A DNA stretch of 63,967 bases, counting the filler, from Blastocystis sp. subtype 4 (Eukaryota), in the NCBI RefSeq assembly GCF_000743755.1. It is 8 parts of 8 records of this genome, joined end to end, with 100 filler letters (N's around TTAATTAATTAA, not from the genome) between each part and the next. Parts side by side here need not be neighbours in the genome. Positions count along the whole stretch, not along the records: positions 25,396 to 33,702 come from NW_014569170.1; positions 33,803 to 42,088 come from NW_014569169.1; positions 42,189 to 51,489 come from NW_014569168.1; 5 more parts are not named here. The stretch is one strand, 5' to 3'. A program made the translations under genes and the position numbers. Positions 33,518 to 47,749 of the stretch are shown one piece after another. Under the pieces are notes generated by a model. It saw only the letters and a list, made by a program, of their open reading frames with translations, made no database searches and was not told where the DNA came from. Numbering within the stretch: the stretch's first letter is position 1; each line of letters starts with the position of its first letter.

Positions 33518-33802
33518 TCGAGTTGCCTGGGAACAAGCACGGCTGAACATTCTTTGTTCTTATAGAGATCTGGAGGATGGCAAAAATACTCCTAATTCTT
33601 GGAGAACAAACAAACCAGCTAAATAACAATGATTACTTTCCTATGGTCTTGTCAAAGAAGGACTGGAACAAAATGGATGGTGGAGGCAACATATGAGTAG
33701 GTNNNNNNNNNNNNNNNNNNNNNNNNNNNNNNNNNNNNNNNNNNNNTTAATTAATTAANNNNNNNNNNNNNNNNNNNNNNNNNNNNNNNNNNNNNNNNNN
33801 NN

Positions 33803-33884
33803 CACTGGTACTAACTCAACTCGTAATGACTTAGCTTCCTAGATCAGACGGGTTAGGGCGCTTTCCACTAGATATGACCGTTCT
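33803..33884 (-). rRNA. 5S rRNA, 5' part (cut by contig end)
   Basis: Reverse complement identical to 9251-9332. Confidence 0.85.
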
Positions 33885-34147
33885 TGTTTTTATTTCTTTC
33901 ATTAACCCTTTTCAACAACACATTCATATCCTCACATCATCAATTATCAAACACAGAGAGAGTAATAATGTAAGTTGTATTCTTCTACTGTAATATATGT
34001 TGTTCTTCTTGATCATGTCAAATACCTTCTTTTTTGATATTGTTCTCTTAATGATAGTAAGGACCAAAGTAAGGATTATACAAAAGTACAAATGAGTTCA
34101 CTCGACAACAATACTCTGCTTGCAACAAACACAACAAATGACCACAC

Positions 34148-36132
34148 TTAGAACATCTCTGCAAGAAGAACGGAATGTTGAGCACCTCCATCCACCATAA
34201 CAACACGCTTGTTCTTTGAATTATTAACATTCTACGAACCTACTGACAATTCCTTGCTTTTCACATGATAAGGATGTGTCTCATCTTCATACTTTCCGTT
34301 TCCTAATTGTTCCATATCACCAAACCCCCAAGTATACAAAAGACCCTTTTCATCCACTGCAAGGACATGATGATTACCACAAGCAATCTGCTGAATCCGA
34401 ACATCTTCAGGGAATGATACTTTCGCGAAGTGAATATCAAATTGCTGATCTTCATTCATTCTTCCTAATTGACCATAACTATTACGGCCACATGTATAGC
34501 TATTCCTCATCCATTCTCTCATCACTTACACACATCCATCCTTTGTCAACACTGCAGTTGCATGCTGAGACAGAGCGGCTTGAACAACTTCCTTATCATC
34601 AAAGAAGGTTATTCGCTCTGGAGCTTCTACTGTTTCTGAACGACGACCATTACCCAACTGTCCCCAGTTGTTCAGTCCAAAGGTCATTCTACAGTGAACT
34701 CTCCTTTTCAATCCTACAAGTGACCATTCTCCAATAACACCATTGAGTGCATGCCTCCTGCCCATATTGCACGAGCACGCATACGACGTCTTCCTTCTCG
34801 GAAACTCAAGGCATGAGGGACAAGAGCACGTCGTTTCATCGCTTCAGGCATGTGGAACATTAACTGACCTTGCTCATCACACCCCCATCCATATACAATT
34901 CCATCCTTAGCAAGAGCAAGAGAATGATTCTCTCCACAACTGATTGATGTGATTATAACTCCTCGAGGGAAATGTATTTGAGTTGGGTTCAGTTGCTTCT
35001 GAACAGTTTCATTCCAACCCAAAATACCCTTGCTGTCGCGATACGTACCCCAACAATACACTTTACCTGAAAGTGTGAGGATGACTACATGACAGGCTCC
35101 AGCGGCAATCTGATCAATTGGATCATCCTTAGGAAGTTCACCCACATTTACGGGAAGTGGATGAAGTTCTTCTCCTTCACGTCCCTATTCGTTATATTGA
35201 ATAGTGAATGAATACCAACTGACTCTCATCGTTGCATCCCCAGGAATACAATTTATTATCATTCGTGACAATCACGTTGAATAACCCACCACTAACAATA
35301 CGAGTTGTCTTCAGATCTGTTGCTTTGACATGCTTTATAGGTTTTCCTGCCTACAGAGCATTAGAGGAATTCAACGTCTTCATTGTGACATCAGTAGTGT
35401 GTAAAGGGTTGAGTCATTGACCCGAAAGTCTCATCAGCCGAGAGAGTATCATCCTTTGTCACAGACACAAGTACGTACCTGAGTTACATCCATATCGAGT
35501 CCAAGTTGACCGCAATCACCCGAACCAAACACATACACATCATATGTCTTGGAATCTTTTGAAATGGGTGTCCTTGCTGTTATACAGTCACTGGAAGTGA
35601 TAAATACTCTTCCTTCCATAACATCCTCGCACTTTTCATCCTCACTGTAGTCCTGTTCAGGAACAGTACCGTGTTCATCTTCGTCACTTTCATATTTCAT
35701 ACAGTCCGAGTCTGCATCTTCTTTCATAACTACAGGTTCCTTTTTCACTGGTGCAGGAACGCTCATCGTAACAGCATTCTTTCCGACGCCAAACTTGAAT
35801 GTTGTAGGAAAATTCGTTGTTGCAGCCACAGGCGTCTTCATTGGAGCTGAATCAAAGATTGACTTCGATTGCTGTTCTCCTGAAGGCTTGAATACAAATC
35901 CAGTTGTCTTGGGTTTCTTTTCATCATTCTCAGGGAGTTTCTCGGCAGAACGCTTTACTGACGAATTGTCAGTAGAGAGAGTAGGTTTATCCATTTCGCA
36001 TGACCTACACTTTGCAAGAGAATTATCATTGTATGCAAAACATCGAGGACATCTCCAACTGTTTTGACTCCTCTTCTTCATCTGTTCCAAAAAAGCAGGA
36101 TTAAAAGATGTTGCAGGTGTTGATTCACTCAT
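34148..36132 (-). CDS. RCC1-family beta-propeller with N-terminal RanBP2-type zinc finger (spliced)
   Basis: WRCPRCFAYN..KCRSC; repeated VYxWG..GQLG, IACGxxH, GGxHS blades. Confidence 0.85.
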
Positions 36133-36219
36133 AAGAAGGATTAATGATTTGATGAATTGGGTTGTGTTGTCGCAAAATAGCGACAAAAGGGTAATGATCA
36201 AACAAACAAGGTACCCTCA

Positions 36220-37437
36220 CTATTTCTTTTCCGTACTTGCATTTGGAGTTTCCTTTTCCTTCTGCACTTCCTTCTTCTTAGTCCCTTCCTTTGCCTGCTT
36301 CTCTTCTCCTTCAGCTTTGGGTTCTGCCTCCTCTTTTCCCTTCGCAGTCTCAGCTTCCTTCTTCTCCCTCCGAGCTTTTTGTTCCAGATAATAAGGCTTC
36401 TCGAGTTCACCAGTAATTTCATACGTCTTTTCGATTCCCTGTTTCTTCAGTAATAAGGCTAATCCTTCAGCCTAATTATGATCCAATCTAGTCATCTCTA
36501 CTCTCTTTGGATCCTTTGCTTGAACAGCAGTATCCAACATCTTCTCAAGGATCGTCGTGCTCGGTAAGGATTCAAATGGAGCAAGCTCCTGAACAATTGA
36601 ATAGGCAGTTCCAAGCTTCTTGCACCCAAGCAACAGATCAATGGCATGATCAATATATGATTGCTCTTTTGGCCATTTAGGATACGTAGCTTTAATGACA
36701 GCTAATCATAAGTTCCGATTCAAAGGCATACTGCGGATCTTTTCTGGTCTCCCTTCCTCAACCAATCCATCCTATTGTTATCATCAATGAATAACAAATG
36801 GTACCATGATCTTTTCATAGGCAGAGGAAGGACAAGATTGAAGACTCAAGGGATGTTTAAATACAACTACGAATTAGTCCCAAATTCCAACAGAAACAGT
36901 TGTAAACATCTGTTGCTGGTGAAATAGAAAGCAAATTCGTAATAAGAGAATCTACGTTCAAGTAGATACCACAGAAATACTTGCAGCAACAGGATGAATA
37001 CCGGTATGTTTTGTGTCGAGGAAGTTAAAGAGCTTCTGGAGGAATGGGAGATCTTCTTCCGATTTGCACCTTAAACATAAAACTCTTTCCCTGACACCCA
37101 CAACTTGAAATAGCGATTCAGCATATTTTTGGAGATCTGATTAGGTTTCCGATACAGGATAACAACTCTCTGATACCTTTCTCGCGGTGTCTCTAACTGT
37201 TCAATTGGAATTGAAAAATCCTTCACTGCCTCCGACCTAGAGTCACAGTTCTTCGCAAAATCACTACATTCCAGTCGGCTGCTCTTTCTTCTCCTCCATT
37301 TCGGAGTTAGATACGTTTGTAGACATCAAACGACAAAACATCGCGTCTGAACCATTTATAGGAACAATAACACTCCTAAAGGATAGTGCAGACAATTTCG
37401 ATGCTGAACGATATCCACAGCTGATGATTCGACTCAT
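36220..37437 (-). CDS. uncharacterised mitochondrion-targeted protein (spliced)
   Basis: MSRIISCGYRSASKLSALSFRS presequence, helical exons, Glu/Lys-rich tail. Confidence 0.45.
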
Positions 37438-37547
37438 AATGGCTGCGTTATTGATCGCCCAAGAGACGCATGTCAAGTGGTATTGATTATCAATAATACC
37501 AATAACTGTACAAGTTGTCCATGATCTCAACAAATACAGCATTTGAG

Positions 37548-38514
<967 letters not shown>

Positions 38515-38595
38515 TCTGATGTGCTTATAGTAATTGTTCCTGTTTGTTATAAGTGGTTTTTTCCCGTGGCATCATGTTCTTCCATTTTTCTCTGA

Positions 38596-39932
38596 ATGGA
38601 AAGTCTTAATGAGGTGTATTCATTTCCCGTTGAGAAGATGAGGTTGTTTTCTGAATATATGCATCAGCAGATGATGGAAGGACTTGCTGGTCATCCATCG
38701 GATTTGAAGATGCTGCCTTCCTTCATAACATCACTTGCCACAGGTAGCTCTTGTTTTGGTTGATGAATCTAGGCGATGAAGTCGGGATGGTCTTGTCTGT
38801 GAATCTGGGGAATTCCAAAGTGCGAGTTGCAAAGATCCGTCTGAATGGGAACTGCCAATTGACGATTGAGAAGGAAACCATTCATCCTGTCACCGATGAA
38901 GTGAAAAGTGGTACAGCAGAGCAGCTCTTCGGATTTGTTGCTGACTGTATCTGTGAGGTGGAGCCAGAAAATGGAATTAAAGTGGGCTTTGCCTTTTCGT
39001 TTCCTTGTGAACAGACTTCCTGTCGAAAAGGAACGTTAATGGAATGGACCAAAGGGTATTCTGCTACTGGATGTATTGGGAAGGATCCAGTTCTTCTACT
39101 TCAGAATGAATTGGTGAAACGGGATGTTAACGTCTGCATTGTTGCTCTTTGTAATGACAGTGTTAGCACTCTTGTTGCGCAGTCTTATAAGAATACAAAG
39201 GTGGCCATGGGGGTTGTTTTGGGTTCGGGAACGAATGCTGCTTACATTGAGCGTGTATCCAATATCCCCAAATTCCACTCGGAAATTGCAGGTTCAACGA
39301 TGATTATTAACATGGAGTGGGGTGCCTTGGGAATGAGCAATCGTGATGTCCTTCCCTTTTCTCCGCTTGATGAAGAAATTGACCGAATGTCCATCAATCC
39401 AGGGAAACAATACTTAGAGAAGATGATGGGAGGACTTTACCTTGGTGAAACAGTGCGGTTGTGGATGTTACACTTACGTCGAAAAGATGAACTACTGAAG
39501 CATGTATCTCTTACAAACCGCCTGTTCATGGAACCTATGTCGTTTGAGTCCGAGTTCTGTACTACTATTCTTCTAGATGATAGTGATCAGTACTCTGAGA
39601 TTGATGGCATCCTCCATTCATTCGGGATCAGAACCAGCTCTATAAATGACCGCAAAGTGATTGCTCAGATCGTGAATGCTGTTGTAACTAGATCGGCTCG
39701 ATTGATGGGAACTTGTGTCTACACAGTATTGAATCACATGCATGAATCTGGTCTTGGAGGGAGTATTGGAGTTGAAGGAAGTGTTTACAAGTTCTTGCCA
39801 GGATACAAACGACGAATGATGAAGGCATTGGAAGAATTAGGGATGGAGAATGTGGACTGTTCCATCGCAGAGGATGCTTCTTGCCGAGGGACTGCTTTGA
39901 TTGCTTATGCTGTCTCTCCAATGTATTTGTAA
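38596..39932 (+). CDS. hexokinase family protein (one intron)
   Basis: LKMLPSF, GFAFSFP, WTKG, NDSV, GSGTNAAY, INMEWG, PGKQYLEKM.GGLYLGE. Confidence 0.9.
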
Positions 39933-40000
39933 TATTTCGTTGTAAACTACTTCTTGTTGTTTGTTGTATACTTACTACGACTTCGGTCTGGGTTATTCGT

Positions 40001-41282
40001 ATGAATGCTAATTCCCGCGGTAATAATGGAGTTCCGAATACCACGTTCAACGTAACACATTTTGAAATGGTGGAAGATAGTGACAAGGCGACTCCTGCAA
40101 TTGAGATGCAGTCAGAGGTACCAATACCTAAGGTTGAGATGAACATCCCGTCTAAGAAGAGTGATGTAACCGAAGAGAAGATCGATGAGGCAGCTGTAAA
40201 CTATCGTTTTACTAAGAAATCTGCCATCGGAATGGGCCTTGTTGCTTGTGCTGCAGTTTTCGGAAGGTGATTGAACCCAACTCTAGTCATGTGTAGCATC
40301 ATGTCTGCTGTTGTCAATGTCCTTGGAACGAAATATAAGGTTCCAGCTCCCACCATCACGTTCACACGCTCCCTGATCAACCTTATTTTCAACCTCATTT
40401 GCTGTGCATGTGCAAGGGTGAACCCTATTGGACCCGTGAAGGAGAAAAAGAAGTATGCTTGGGTAGTAATGCGCGGTCTCTTCGGAGGTATTCAGATTAC
40501 TTGTTACTTCTTCGCATTCACAAAGGTTGGAAAGTATATGGGACTATTATTCTAGATTCCCGTTGGTGATGCGACAACCTTGACGTTTGTTGCTCCAGTT
40601 TTGACAGGACTTTTGGCCATCTGGATTCTTCATGAACCTTGGGGGTGGGTGGATGCTCTTGCATCTGTTTTATGTTTTGTTGGTGTCCTATTCACATCGA
40701 AGCCAATATGGTTGTTCCCTCAAAGTGTAGTTGGCTGTTGTTCTTTTTAACCTCTAGGAAGAGAGACTCAATATGACTTATGTGCTGATAGCTTTGATGG
40801 GATCCGTTGCTGCTTCATTTGCTTATATCTCTGTACGAAAGATCGGTCCCTCTGTTTCTGTATTCGTCCTTATCAACTATATCCTACTGTTTACAATGGC
40901 AATCAACATCTTCCAAAGTACGTATTCGGACTACATGTCATTGCTAGGTTACTATAAGTTGAAGACATTCCCGTGGCCAAAATCTACAGTATCTTCAACT
41001 GCTTGGTGGCTTATTGTTTCAACTGCGTTTCTAGGCGGATGTGCGCAGATTTGTATTAACCGCGGTCTTCAGTTAGAAATGGCTGGACCCGCGACCTCGA
41101 TGAGGTTTCTTGATATCGTTCTATCTTACATCTGGCAAGTCTTCTTCATAGGAGACGAAACAGACGTCTACAGCATAATTGGAGCTGTTCTCGTTAGCAT
41201 ATGCTTGATCATAATCGGAATGAAAAAATTCTTCGTTGTTCGTAAAGCACGTCAAGAATATGAAAAGCTTCTACTAGAATAG
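40001..41282 (+). CDS. DMT/EamA transporter (SLC35G-like, spliced)
   Basis: RGLFG, GDATTLTFVAPV..ILHE, AYISVRKIG, GLQLEMAG; ~10 TM segments. Confidence 0.85.
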
Positions 41283-41398
41283 AAGGATTATTCTATGGAG
41301 AATGACTCTTGTTTGTCTAAAACTCGTGCCACCAATCAAATCATTCAGCTGGAGATTGATGATTAACCATTATTGTTGATCCTCATTTTCTTTTTCAA

Positions 41399-41909
41399 AT
41401 GGCCAAGAAGTAAGACCTTTCTTGCACCTCAAATGTAGATATCAGTTTACTGTCGTTCGTGATGTTGAGTCCTTCCCCAAGATTCTTGAGGAGAATCTTT
41501 CCAAACCTAGTTTGAGTGTGATCTTTACTGGTGATATTGATCCCGCAACCGGTAAATCATGGTAGGAAGTTGATTGGCTCAATGATATTTGTAGGTGCCC
41601 AGATTGCATGTATGTTATGGCTGTTGGATATGTAATGGTAGAGCTGCTGATCCTGTGATTGACTTGTTCTTGGAAGATCAGAAGAACAATACTGTCCTTG
41701 TTTGCTTAGTGAAGCGTGAGGGATACAAGGTAGTCGTTAGGAGTACCTCTGATGAATAGGGAAATCCAGATCATCCTTATCGTCTTCATCCTCTGATCAA
41801 GCTTCAGTCGATTCCTACCCTAATTCAATTTAAGAATGGAAAGGAAGTGGGCCGCTGTGTGGAAGCTCAGTGTAGAAATGAGGATAACTTGTATGCTTTA
41901 GTAGACTAA
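41399..41909 (+). CDS. TXNDC17: thioredoxin-related protein 14 (spliced)
   Basis: GKSWCPDC..ADPVI, HPYR, IPTLI. Confidence 0.85.
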
Positions 41910-41990
41910 TGTGTTTGTTTTACAATATCTAGTGTAACTGAGAGGCATCTGGAACAAACATCAGAGAGCTCTACATCAGTTACACACCTC

Positions 41991-42088
41991 TTATTCTTCA
42001 GTCGTGTTCTTTCCATTTCTTCTAGCCACACGTCCAGGACGACCACCTCCATAGGGAGAGTTCTCAGCGAACTGAATGTGCTTCTCTG
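41991..42088 (-). CDS. RPS9: 40S ribosomal protein S9 C-terminal fragment
   Basis: EKHIQFAENSPYGGGRPGRVARR. Confidence 0.8.
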
Positions 42089-42188
42089 NNNNNNNNNNNN
42101 NNNNNNNNNNNNNNNNNNNNNNNNNNNNNNNNTTAATTAATTAANNNNNNNNNNNNNNNNNNNNNNNNNNNNNNNNNNNNNNNNNNNN

Positions 42189-42340
42189 AGGCTGACGACC
42201 CATCTCGAACTTTCTCTTCTTGATGTTAATCACAACCTTTCCTCCGGTCAAACGACGCTTATGACGAGAATCACGGCAAATACCTACCAAAGGATTAGAA
42301 CACTTTGAAAATAGGCTATTCAACGAATAGACTTACCCAT
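42189..42340 (-). CDS. RPS8: 40S ribosomal protein S8 N-terminal fragment (intron after ATG G)
   Basis: [27 protein letters not shown]. Confidence 0.9.
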
Positions 42341-42519
42341 TATTCAAAATCGATCAGTACAAGCGATACAACGATTGAATTCTAGGTAATCCAATTCAGT
42401 GGTGACTGTGCAGTGATCGGATAGAGAATGATTATTAAGCGAATTACTTGACGTGTCAATGAATCACGAATGAATCTCACTAATTACTCTTCACAGCCAG
42501 ATACTTATAACAAACAGAA

Positions 42520-45500
42520 TTACATCTGATATGCTAACAATGAATCCATAGTATTTGTATTATTTATGATCCCAACCACATCCATAAAAGCCATCAAGAA
42601 GATTGTGAGATCCAGATAGTTACACAATCGTCTACATGGATGAAACCAAGAATAATCTATCACTTTGTCAAGATATCAGAGATCTGAATCAAATCAGTTT
42701 TAGAAAACACTGTAGGGTATTTGAGTGCCATAGCTTGAACCACTGCCTCACTTCGTTGCTGAGGCGATGGTAGAACGGTCATAAGAAGAAGAAACAGGAA
42801 TGAACATCCATTCCGAAGCGTCATTCGTTCCCAATTCACCATTTCAGTTAGAACAAGCTACAAATAAGACAAATCCATCACCCACACATCCATAAATGAT
42901 GGAGCCAATTGATTGAAAACCAGTTTGATGTTCTCGTTATCAGCTTCCAAACGTAGTAATTTGCTCATGAATGCAAAACAAGCTACCTTGCCGCGATGTG
43001 CAGCAGACTGAATATATTCCTTACAGACATGAAGAACAACCTGAATACACTCCATATCAGCATTGAATTGATAGCAATATACAGTAGCAAAAGAATTAAA
43101 CAATGCTATTAACTCCCGAATGTAATCATCACTATTAAAGGAAAGATTGGCCTCAGCAAGGAAAGCAATGTTTTTGAGAACCGAATAGAAGTCATCCTGA
43201 TACGATTTTGCATAGAATTGTGTGAGTGAGGAAATGGTCTTCATTAACTGAGTGTTCTTGAAATCATGTTGAAGGAATCGAATTAGCGTATTCATAACAC
43301 TCTGAATATGTGGGGCAAATATGGGGATCAACCAACCTCGTACACAGTAAGTTACAAACGAACAAAACACGCTCACAACCTCATTGTCAGAAGACTGTTG
43401 AAGAAGTTGTTCTAAGATAGTCATAAGAGATTGAATCACTGAACTAAGAAGTTGAGGAGTATGTTCATCTTCATTCACTACATATCAGATTTTGTCTTAT
43501 AAAATCACAATGCTGGTATACTTGAACTGATGTATACAGGACCATCATACATTCATAAACAGAAACAATTTTCTCATATAGACTCACATCATGCAACGAT
43601 GCTTCTAGTACTCTCTGCAGAATCTCAAGTTGATGAATCGTAGACTCATCTTGATGGAGAGTGATCAAGATTCTGGCTAATTTGAAGCGAACGAATGCAG
43701 CAGTGGAACAATTCTATGATAAATTCAACAATCCAAATGAACAGAGTAAGGAATCAATAATGATGAGAAAGCCCCAAAATTCTTCAAATAATCGCGGTAA
43801 TACATTGTGAGAAGAAGTAACAGATCAACTGCGTATGGACTCTGTGAGGGTTCAGCAAGCATGCTAATAGCAATGGAATAGAGAGTTTGAATGACTGTAA
43901 CAGGGAATTGAGTAGGAAGTGAGAGAAGTCTCATAGCCACCACAGCAATTTGTCGAGCGAGAAGAAGAGACTGTGATGATCTCTGATAGAGATCCTGCAA
44001 AGATTGTGTGAGATCTGAACAGGTTTGGAGGAGAGAAGGAGTCTACATGGTAGAGATTCATAATATCCAACGATTGGATTCTCTTCTCGATTACTCGTGA
44101 TTTCATTGAGCATCTGACTGATCACAAATAAATCAGCCTCTGCTACTTCTTCTGAAAATCTTAGTAGGTCCTGGCTTAGCCACTGGATCAACTCCTCACC
44201 TACATTCGCATACAGACTCCGAAGGAGATCTTCACATCCAGGGGGACCATGACGAAAAGGAGTCGTTTCAAATTCCAGAATCGCAGGAAAAGGCTCAGTT
44301 CGAGAATCATCTCCAAACGATGGTTTCCAATTAAACATAGAATCTGCTGTTTGAAGCAATTGAAGCTGATTCTGAGGTGTATTGAAGAGTATGAACTGAG
44401 TATCAGAAGAGAGAGATTGATAGGAAGGGATGAGAAGCTGGTTACGAAGCATTCGAAGTAAGGTGGTATAACAATCACTATGATCGGGAAGAACTGATTT
44501 GATATAAAACTCATTCATGTCCTTTGAGTGAATGAATGAAGTTATTCGTACAGTGATAAGAAACCATGAGTCAAGAGTGAGTGAAGCAAGGTTTTGTGAA
44601 GGTAATGAAATGATATAGAATAGAAAGCAGATTAAATCAAGATTGATCGTCTGATTCGTAATCATAATAGATTTCACTTCTCGAACTATGAATCAGAGAT
44701 AATGGAAGGATTTACTGACGGTAGTAGTAACTCGAATTACTTCACACAACTCCTCTTCAGTCATCTCATTCTTCATTCCTTCAGCCATCAGACTTGTGAG
44801 TGATGGATACATGAGTTTTACCGCGGGACTGAGGAGTGGGTGAACTGGATAACTCCCTAGTTCCAATAGATTTGCCAGAAGAGAGAGAATAGTGTTTCGA
44901 AGAGTTGTATGAGGATGTTGGAGTGCAAGTTGGAGTAATAGTGAGAGGAAACTGGAATCAGGTTTATCTTGTGAGGGAAAACTGTATAACAAAGGAATGG
45001 AGCTAGTGAATAGAGTATATGACAGAATTTCAACGATTGATTCTTTGAGCTCAAGAGGAACTATATATGAGATGTAAATAAAAGATCAACTGTCCTTTTG
45101 AAGTAACATATAAAACAAACCCAACCATTTGTCTGTTCTTTGTAGTAGACAGTTAACTACTGCATCTTTCAGCGATTCTGGAAAGTGATTACTATCAACT
45201 TCTTCTAGAAGACACTAATATCGTCAAAACAGAATAGGAAGTACTTTAAACAGATTGAGATAGATTTGAAGATGAATTGGAGAGAACGACATCGATTCCA
45301 AGCAAGTGTCAATGAATCTACATTTAATAGAGATCAATAAAACCTGCCTTGGTAATTGCTGTTCATCGACCGCTTGTAGCGAACAATAACACAAACAAAC
45401 ACGATCAAATGCTGTTTTACTTGGGATTGGTCTGGAATTTCCTATCAATTCCGAGATATATTGTTGGAAAGAAGCCCTGTACCGCTCAATCGCCTGTCTA

Positions 45501-45778
45501 TTGGGATTTCTCCAATCTACCTTAAGCTATCTACTTAGACCAATGGAATAATACAAACTTGCTGATAGATAATGTTACAAACCCCAAACAACACAGTATC
45601 ATTTGTTTCCGAAAATATTGGATTCAAATCAAGGAGAACTGTTGAATCTGCAATAATACTATTGACATACTTCTCTGCTTGATTTAGAGACGACACTGAA
45701 GAAGTCTGCTTATTCAGAAAAGATAGTAACTCTTACAGGTGAATAGAGAGTATTCAATGCGGAAACAAGTTGATCCAT
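42520..45778 (-). CDS. importin-beta-like HEAT repeat protein (transportin-SR/importin-13-like, spliced)
   Basis: MDQLVSALNTLYSP..QAEKY N-terminus, ~1000 aa of helical exons; boundaries approximate. Confidence 0.5.
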
Positions 45779-45908
45779 GAATCACAGTGTCAATTTGTAG
45801 CAAGTATTTTCATATCTCCTTCAATTTGATGTGAAAGTTGGTTAGAAATGTGATTTCATTTTCCCTCCATTGTGATTACCAGGAAGTTGCTCTTTCATTC
45901 TTCAGATT

Positions 45909-46848
45909 ATGACGTTTCAACCGCGGTGTAATCTATGTTATACTGTAATTAATTCTCCTCAAGCAGTTTTCACATCATGTGGTCACTTTCTGTGTCCCAA
46001 ATGCTATGCAGAAAAGATGGCTAGAACTCCAGATACCTGCTCACAATGTGGCCAATCCTGTAGTACCCTCTTCATTGACGTAATGATATGTACTTGTATT
46101 CATTTCAGGACAATATGCCTGAAGAAGTGCAACAATTCTTTGTTAGCAATCCAGTGGAACTCTTTTCACAGTCACTGGAGATCTATAGGGTATGTATATT
46201 GTCACTCTCTCATCTAGTTTCAAGAAAATCATAATCGTCTATATGCAGAACATCTCAAAGAGCAATTGCAGCAGCAAACACAGTAACGATGAGTGGATGG
46301 ACTATACTCTAGAGAAATCCAGTCTCTCAAGAAGGAAATTGATAACCTCAAACGCGGAAATACACTCCCATTACAAACACCAACTCGATTGTACATCACT
46401 CATTATCGTTCTCATTGGTTGTAGACAACCATTTGGACAAATTAAACGTCCTGATTTCATGTCACGATTCAAATCGTCCATGTCAACCACACTCACCCCA
46501 ACTCCTCAACAACCAATACCTCCTGCAACTCCGTCTCCACTTCGCGCTAAGAGTGATATCCTGACTCGTCCAGGAACACCTTCATTCATGAACCGAAAGA
46601 ACGATGTAGTATCGTTTTCGAACTTTCAGCACTAGAAGAAGGTTCTCAACCCGTTCTCAAAGGAAACTGAAGGTTCCACAACTCCATCGATCAGTCGTCG
46701 TGGGTTGGATATTCCAGGAAGTATTACACGGCATCCACAGTTAACAAAAACACCTTCTCGTCCAATACGAGAACCAACCCCTTCTCTTCCTTTTCAGTTG
46801 TTGCGACCACCAAAATCCGCTCCTCCATTCCGTAATCAAGGAATCTAA
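45909..46848 (+). CDS. RING + coiled-coil protein, RNF212/Zip3-like (spliced)
   Basis: CNLC..FTSCGHFLCPKC..CSQC, then MPEEVQQFF..FQENH, coiled coil and S/T/P-rich tail. Confidence 0.65.
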
Positions 46849-46968
46849 TGTATTATTGTTTGTTCTTGAGTCCACTCAAACCGGCATTTCGGCTTTGACA
46901 ACAAACTTAAAAAGAGGATTCTGAGTATGAATATAATCTTTATGTTGATATGTAGATATCAGATTGAG

Positions 46969-47669
46969 ATGGATTCTGAGGAGAGTGAAACACCTATCGA
47001 GCAGGAGAGTTCTCGAGATTGTTCATTTTGATCGGTAGATATTCCATTCTCAATTGATGAAATCAAAGGAACGGGAGTGGAGAAGAAAGAAGAAAAGAAG
47101 ACTCGGAAGAAGGCCGAACCTCGAGAAAAGTTTACGACAAATCATTTAGTTGGAGAAAACGGGATTCCCGAGTTGATCCGGAATGGAAGGAAACTGAGAT
47201 TGAAAGAGCAGAAGAGTATTGTACTTATAATTATGTGAGGATACCGAATAGTTGAAAAAATCGGATATGTTGATGATGATGTACCGAACATGGGCAAAGA
47301 ATGATTATGGATTGATTCGGTTTGAGGATTTTTTGACAAGAGTAATATAATGGCGATGAATTTGAGTTAGACAATGGCAATGACAACAAAACCAGAAATC
47401 CGGCATATGATGGATAATTATCGTGACATGGAGCGACAGAAATTTGTTCCGTACTTGATCAGAAATGAGCTGAGAGATTAGAGTAGAGGACCAAGCTGTG
47501 TCTCAGCCAACTGAAGAACAAACACTAGATACAGAAGAGATACCATCTGTTGCAGCTGTTACTTCAGGAGAGGGAGAAAAGGAATTGGATTTAGATGATG
47601 AACAAACTACAATAACACGATTGCTAGATGTATGCTTTAGTCAGTAGATTCATGTATAGGAAGAAGAAT
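46969..47669 (+). CDS. replication fork protection factor TIPIN/Swi3/Csm3-like (spliced)
   Basis: PREKF..LVGENGIPEL..LMMMYRTWA..FEDFL. Confidence 0.7.
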
Positions 47670-47749
47670 CGAGTGTTTGTTAATTATTACATACATGACT
47701 GAATCAACCAACAAGGATTTGTGAATGTGTGCTGAACAAACAAAGTTTC

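Noticed and set aside
38555..38575. TTCCCG(C/T)GG-like motif seen near several gene starts (also ~40011, ~51102, ~62075)
   Set aside because: Few instances, inconsistent position, some inside coding sequence; cannot be supported without an enrichment test
41991..42340. Apparent RPS9-RPS8 ribosomal protein cluster or fusion
   Set aside because: The two fragments lie on different contigs either side of a linker
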